A stretch of 64,000 nt of DNA, taken from a virus. Shown here one piece after another: positions 59,416-64,000 of this stretch. The position numbers were made by a program, and so were the translations under genes. The stretch is from IMG/VR virus record IMGVR_UViG_3300008120_009632, positions 23,452-87,451 of that record, one strand, 5' to 3'. Position 1 is the stretch's first letter. Each line of letters starts with the position of its first letter. Below the pieces are notes generated by a model. That model saw nothing but the letters and a program-made list of their open reading frames with translations. It had not been told where the DNA came from and made no database searches.

Positions 59416-60927
59416 TTATTGATTAATTATTAATGGTTCTTGACATACTGGAAGTATTGGGGGTAATGGAGTGGGATCGGGTATTGTAGAGGATGAACAA
59501 TCACCACTACCACATAAATAATTTAAGCAGGATAAGTATGAATCGTGTGGACCTGTTGGATCTTGAACACAATGACCATCAAAACAAATATATCTAGCAT
59601 CACACTTACAGCTACAAATTTGTTCAAATAATAATATATCATTAATATTATTTAATATTTCTATATTGCTACAAGGATTATTCGTATTCGGTATTGGTGT
59701 TGGACCTATACTTGTAGGAGGAGGACTTGGTGGACTTGGAGGAGATAAAGCTGATTGAAATGTAATCGAATTATTCATTCCGTCATATGCTACAAGAACA
59801 GGACCATTATCAAGTTGAGTACCAAATACAGAACTTATTGATTCATTACTGAATATCATTGCTCCACTAATAGGAGTATTTGATAAGTAACCTCCTGGTA
59901 AATCAATAATAATAGTTGGTTTATTATGCTCATTAATTTGAAACAAATCACCAGACGCTGATCCATTAGTCTTGCTAAATGTCATTGGACTAGTAGAAGT
60001 ATGAATTTTTACATACCTATCTCCTGTACCGCCAGAACAACTTAGCATCAATGGCCCAGCATCGGTGCCAATTTCTGATCCAATAGATGGAGTATTTTGT
60101 CCTGAAGAATTATAATTAGCAAGATTCCATATGCCTGACCATGATCCTACTAGATCTCCATTATCCTCATTCCATGTCACCATAATAGATGCCAAAGATG
60201 GATTTGGTGGAGGAGGGAGGTCACAGCACTCAGCGCCAATTTCCTGTCTTGTAATTTTATCTACACATATCCAATCTGAACCTCTTTTCTCTAAAGTTCC
60301 TGACACATATTTTCTACATGGAGGATCCGGATCTGGACTAGGCGGTGGACTTGGAGGACTAGGTGGACCAGGAGGTGGCGGTGGAGGAGGTGGTGGAGGA
60401 GGTCCGGGTGGAGGAGGATTTGTCGGATCACACATTGAATTATCACATGCTGGACAATTAAAACAGTCGGATACTTCTCCATCTTGTTCTCTTATGCACT
60501 GTCCACAAGTTGCACTAGTTGGATTATCATCACAAAATACTATTGTTGTACAACAAGGATTTTTATCTTCACAAGGATTTTCTACAGAGCATTTATAAAT
60601 ACATCTACTATCTCCACACTCTCCAATAATAGCACAATCATTTTCATCATATCCCATAAAACATTTTCTACTTACAGAATCAAATCCTATACATGTTGTG
60701 TATGTTATTCCTTCAAGATTTGCTTCGCTACATGAAACAGTAGGCTGAGCACAATCAGTGCAACCACATGGAGATGCTATTTCTGTCCACTCATTTCCAA
60801 CATTATATAAACTTGGTAAGCATTGCCAAACACACCTATTATCCGAACAAGAACAGTCGCTTCCTCCTTCAGTTGTTTGAATATTATACTGGATAGCATT
60901 CGGTATTGATAATTTAAATAATTTCAT
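59416..60927 (-). CDS. Cys-rich protein with several poly-proline/SPP tracts
   Basis: PPPPGPPPPPPPPPPPGPPSPPSPPPSP, SPPSPPSPPP; N-terminus MK(L/I)FK shared with its neighbour. Confidence 0.8.
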   Translation of the reverse strand: MKLFKLSIPNAIQYNIQTTEGGSDCSCSDNRCVWQCLPSLYNVGNEWTEIASPCGCTDCAQPTVSCSEANLEGITYTTCIGFDSVSRKCFMGYDENDCAIIGECGDSRCIYKCSVENPCEDKNPCCTTIVFCDDNPTSATCGQCIREQDGEVSDCFNCPACDNSMCDPTNPPPPGPPPPPPPPPPPGPPSPPSPPPSPDPDPPCRKYVSGTLEKRGSDWICVDKITRQEIGAECCDLPPPPNPSLASIMVTWNEDNGDLVGSWSGIWNLANYNSSGQNTPSIGSEIGTDAGPLMLSCSGGTGDRYVKIHTSTSPMTFSKTNGSASGDLFQINEHNKPTIIIDLPGGYLSNTPISGAMIFSNESISSVFGTQLDNGPVLVAYDGMNNSITFQSALSPPSPPSPPPTSIGPTPIPNTNNPCSNIEILNNINDILLFEQICSCKCDARYICFDGHCVQDPTGPHDSYLSCLNYLCGSGDCSSSTIPDPTPLPPILPVCQEPLIINQ

Positions 60928-61928
60928 AAAATTTTAGCTGCTATTAAACACCCTTTAGCAACAGCATGAAGAGGATCTTTTGCATGTTTAACTTCTTTGA
61001 TATTTAAAGGAAAGTCGTTATCGGTAATTTTTTTTGTAAATTCTTCTATGTATCCATCTGCTTGTGATGTTCCACCAGCAACTACTATAGTTAATGGATT
61101 CTTAAATTTAGGTAATAATTTATGACCAGTTAAAGCAGCAGATAATTGTTTAGTAGTATAATCTATTAGTCTTTCATAATATGCAGATACAGCAGCAAGA
61201 ACAGGATTGTCTGTCTGTTCTCCTATTTTAAAACCACCAGCCTCCTTTTCCGCTTGAACAACACTGTCAGGTTCTCCTGTGGCTACAGAACTCATACGAT
61301 CTATCCAATCCCCAGACTTTGTTGTGCTAAATGTTACCGTAGGTTCTCCATTAAGCATCACACAAACATTTGTCATACCAGCACCACAACTAACACCAAT
61401 TCCAGTATAATCTTCATTTTCTAATTCAGCATAACATAGAGCTTCTGCTTCATTTATTGCTCTCGCCTCATAACCAATTTCTGCCAGAATTGTTTTTACT
61501 ACATCTTCATGATATCCAACATCAAAATCTTCATCTTCTTGATCTACTGGTTGAGCAGGAATACAGAATACTAATTTTTCACCTTGCTCTGAAGATTTCT
61601 GAACAACTTCTTGTAAGATAAAAGCTAATATTTTTTTAGCATCTTTTTCTTTTGAGGATACGACACCCTTATACATCGGTCGCCTCGCCGTATCATTTCT
61701 TTCTACTGCTTTTTCTATTGCATCTTTTCCTAGCAGAATAAATGATCCGTCACTATCTTTAATAAAAATTTTCCCAGTTAGTCCCTTTTCTATCATTTTT
61801 GTTGCTACTGGAGTTGTAGGCTTAATAATATAAAAAGCATCTCTAAAATCTTTGTATGATATATTTCCAGAACTTATTTCTTCTGATAAAACTATAAAAC
61901 TTGTTCCGACATCTAAACCTTTTGCCAT
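60924..61928 (-). CDS. Actin-fold ATPase resembling the volactin family
   Basis: Phosphate-1 GLDVGT, RRPM..G, INEAEA connect-1, S.GAGMTN phosphate-2, GD.ID, VAGGT adenosine, P..AVAKG. Confidence 0.85.
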   Translation of the reverse strand: MAKGLDVGTSFIVLSEEISSGNISYKDFRDAFYIIKPTTPVATKMIEKGLTGKIFIKDSDGSFILLGKDAIEKAVERNDTARRPMYKGVVSSKEKDAKKILAFILQEVVQKSSEQGEKLVFCIPAQPVDQEDEDFDVGYHEDVVKTILAEIGYEARAINEAEALCYAELENEDYTGIGVSCGAGMTNVCVMLNGEPTVTFSTTKSGDWIDRMSSVATGEPDSVVQAEKEAGGFKIGEQTDNPVLAAVSAYYERLIDYTTKQLSAALTGHKLLPKFKNPLTIVVAGGTSQADGYIEEFTKKITDNDFPLNIKEVKHAKDPLHAVAKGCLIAAKIL

Positions 61929-61932
61929 GCTT

Positions 61933-62223
61933 TTATCCTTTCATACTTTTTAATTTACTAATAGAGGACACTATATTCTCATTGGATTCTGTTGATTGTG
62001 CAATATCTTGATATTTTTTTTCTAATCCAGTAGTTTTTATCTCCGTAACAAATTTCTTATCGTCTATATCTATTTTTGGTTTGTTTTTAGATTTTGATAC
62101 AATAGACTGTCCTGGAGCCAATGCTTCGATAATATTATTTCTACCTAATAATAGTCCAATACTAAAAAATAATATATTTAAGGACACTACACATAATATA
62201 ATCAATATTTGGTATATATCCAT
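61933..62223 (-). CDS. Small N-terminally membrane-anchored protein
   Basis: TM helix, then IDIDDKKFV and SISKLKSMKG; directly precedes the actin-like gene. Confidence 0.75.
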   Translation of the reverse strand: MDIYQILIILCVVSLNILFFSIGLLLGRNNIIEALAPGQSIVSKSKNKPKIDIDDKKFVTEIKTTGLEKKYQDIAQSTESNENIVSSISKLKSMKG

Positions 62224-62244
62224 AATAAATAGTATTCCTTATAA

Positions 62245-62256
62245 ATAGATTACACC
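62245..62256 (-). promoter_or_regulatory. GGTGTA-class putative promoter (GGTGTAATCTAT)
   Basis: Intergenic, heads the actin-like operon. Confidence 0.55.
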
Positions 62257-62260
62257 TAAC

Positions 62261-63148
62261 TTAATTATTCACTAACTGGTCCAGACTACCATTGAAATAT
62301 TTGGTATAATGTGGGTCGTTCTCTATTGGCCAGTATCCACCTTTAGGATTATTACCCCATCTCTCTATTAGTGATTCATTTTTTTTAGCCATTTTATAGT
62401 ATTTTTTCCAATGTCTATTTATTATGTACGCTGGAGATGAGTGATACCACCCTACAACACAAGACCTATCAAAATTACTTCCAACATATGCATGGAAACT
62501 ATTATGACATATTTCAAACATGAATAATCGATTATTAATTGGTTTTATTTCATCAATTTTTTTGCCATTATAAGCATCATAGATGCCTGTTCCCCCACCA
62601 TAATAGTTCTCTAAATTATTTGGATTATTTAAGTAATACAAAAAAGCTATGCTTCTAACAACCTTTTCTGTATGAGGTTGGGCAGCAGCACTGTCGTCGG
62701 TATACATACAATTATTTACAACTATTTTTTTAGATAAATCTTTTTTAAAAGAACAGATATTCATATCTCTATGAATAAAACCATCTTTTGAAGGCGATTT
62801 ATGGAAATGTGCAGATGGAGACATATACTTATTAGTCTCTATACTAAAAGCACTTTCTGTAAAAGTCTTCAATTCATCTGATATAAAAAAATCATATCCG
62901 TCTATACAATCATCTAAAGATAATCCAGAAATATATCCCTCGTAGTTGCTCGTTGCCCCAGGCTGATCTTTATATGGGATAGTTCTATCTATAAAAGATT
63001 TAAATTTAGTACTAATTTTTTTGTAAATATCTTCATTAAATAAATTGTCAATAATTAAATAATTAAATGGTTTTTTAAAATACTGAAAATTAATACTACT
63101 AAATATATATGTATGTTTTTTTAAGTTATCTTCGATCAATTTATGCAT
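62261..63148 (-). CDS. 2-oxoglutarate/Fe(II) oxygenase, prolyl-hydroxylase-like
   Basis: PF...IIDN, HRD, R.IA.LYYLN, GGGT, P..NRL..F, SFH, R....W. Confidence 0.85.
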   Translation of the reverse strand: MHKLIEDNLKKHTYIFSSINFQYFKKPFNYLIIDNLFNEDIYKKISTKFKSFIDRTIPYKDQPGATSNYEGYISGLSLDDCIDGYDFFISDELKTFTESAFSIETNKYMSPSAHFHKSPSKDGFIHRDMNICSFKKDLSKKIVVNNCMYTDDSAAAQPHTEKVVRSIAFLYYLNNPNNLENYYGGGTGIYDAYNGKKIDEIKPINNRLFMFEICHNSFHAYVGSNFDRSCVVGWYHSSPAYIINRHWKKYYKMAKKNESLIERWGNNPKGGYWPIENDPHYTKYFNGSLDQLVNN

Positions 63149-63969
63149 AGTGTTTTTTGTATATTGCTTAGGTTTATTGAATTTGTAAAATCAAGCATAT
63201 TATCAAATACAATAGTATTATTTTGTTTAAAAAAATACTCATTATTATTCAGAGAGAGACTTATTTCTGATTGTATCATTTTATTTTTCAAATAACTAAT
63301 CTTATCTTTATATGATATATTTTTATCGTCTTGATGCAATTCTTCATACGATACTATAAATTTAGGCTTATTAAAACTATTATATTTTGTTTTTAAAATA
63401 GATACATTAGACAATAAATTATTAACATATTTTTTATATTTATCCTCACACCATAATATTTTATGATAATTATCCATTCTAGAATTTTGATCAGAAAACC
63501 AAACTCCACTGACTCTTGCTTTTTCTAGACTATAGAAACTAGCTATCAAATCATGTCTATAATTTAATATCAAATAATCAATATTATCTAAAAAGTTATC
63601 AGATAAATATTTTATGTGTTGAGGAAATATTTTAAATACTAAATTTTTATTATGTTTTTTACAAATATCAGTAAACAGATCAAGTATCTGTTGATTGTAT
63701 ATAGATTTATTTAGAATATTATTTTTTATTTGACTATAACTAAATGTATCAATAAAAAAATTATTATAGTGATATATTGAAGATAAAAAATCTAATAATT
63801 TAGGATCAACATTATATATTTTACTAAATATTTGTTTACATTTCATCATCCATAATAATGGATCGTCGCTAAATATTTCATGAATTGATATTGTTTCTGG
63901 TGTGTCAAATGCTGCTGATAGCCACCCAGACCCTGTTCTCTCATATGTTAAAACACAGATAGTCTTCAT
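63136..63969 (-). CDS. Sulfotransferase (Stf0-like)
   Basis: RTGS PAPS loop, HEIF, FKIF, R.D....YS...A...G.W, YEEL. Confidence 0.78.
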   Translation of the reverse strand: MKTICVLTYERTGSGWLSAAFDTPETISIHEIFSDDPLLWMMKCKQIFSKIYNVDPKLLDFLSSIYHYNNFFIDTFSYSQIKNNILNKSIYNQQILDLFTDICKKHNKNLVFKIFPQHIKYLSDNFLDNIDYLILNYRHDLIASFYSLEKARVSGVWFSDQNSRMDNYHKILWCEDKYKKYVNNLLSNVSILKTKYNSFNKPKFIVSYEELHQDDKNISYKDKISYLKNKMIQSEISLSLNNNEYFFKQNNTIVFDNMLDFTNSINLSNIQKTLCIN

Positions 63970-64000
63970 TGTATCATTTTTATACCATCGCCATCTATAT

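Noticed and set aside
58738-60735. Poly-Arg, poly-Gly and poly-Leu ORFs in other frames
   Set aside because: Shadows of the CCT/CCA poly-proline codon runs
1681-60735. Remaining short plus-strand ORFs opposite minus-strand genes
   Set aside because: Fully antisense to well-supported genes, with no motifs or translation signals
62261-63148. TET/JBP-type DNA base oxidase for DNA hypermodification
   Set aside because: The motif pattern (R..A.LYYLN, GGGT, P..NRL..F, SFH) fits the prolyl-hydroxylase-like group; not formally excluded without an HMM search
1-64000. Stop-codon reassignment
   Set aside because: Genes are full length in code 11, and TAA, TAG and TGA all end recognisable proteins
1-64000. 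tRNA, rRNA or large ncRNA genes
   Set aside because: Intergenic gaps are short and AT-rich; no cloverleaf or T-loop signature noticed by eye (a covariance search was not possible)

Overview
64 kb of a large, AT-rich dsDNA bacteriophage genome, densely coding and almost entirely on the minus strand apart from two plus-strand glycosyltransferase blocks (50.1-53.7 kb and 54.4-56.7 kb). From left to right it holds: a replication/recombination module (partial probable primase, DnaB, nuclease, RecA/UvsX); nucleotide metabolism (PhoH, dUTPase, a class Id-like RNR, dCMP deaminase, and later GuaC); a membrane-protein plus papain-like peptidase cluster; and a large block of virion surface/fibre proteins (G-X-Q collagen, Thr-Pro mucin-like stalks, an Asp-box propeller, three circularly permuted FGE-sulfatase/C-type-lectin-fold domains). 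Further right are ClpP, a degenerate DeoC, a phage sigma factor, a divergent bacterioferritin, about 17 glycan-building/modifying enzymes window-wide (GT2, GT4, GT11, GT60, PLOD-type GT, HtrL-type, RgpF, several O-methyltransferases, a sulfotransferase), a prolyl-hydroxylase-like 2OG-Fe(II) oxygenase, and an operon coupling a volactin-like actin to two Cys-rich poly-proline proteins and two serine proteases. Two promoter classes are visible: a recurrent GGTGTA-(AT-rich) motif at gene boundaries and a sigma70-like class with a 16-bp spacer. The best candidate novel system is a eukaryote-like hydroxyproline/O-glycoprotein coat pathway, with enzymes and extensin/mucin/collagen-like substrates in one genome. 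No tRNA, rRNA, CRISPR array or reverse transcriptase was seen. Three local lesions (one 107-bp duplication, two apparent deletions) may be assembly artefacts. All family calls come from motif recognition by eye, not from database searches.
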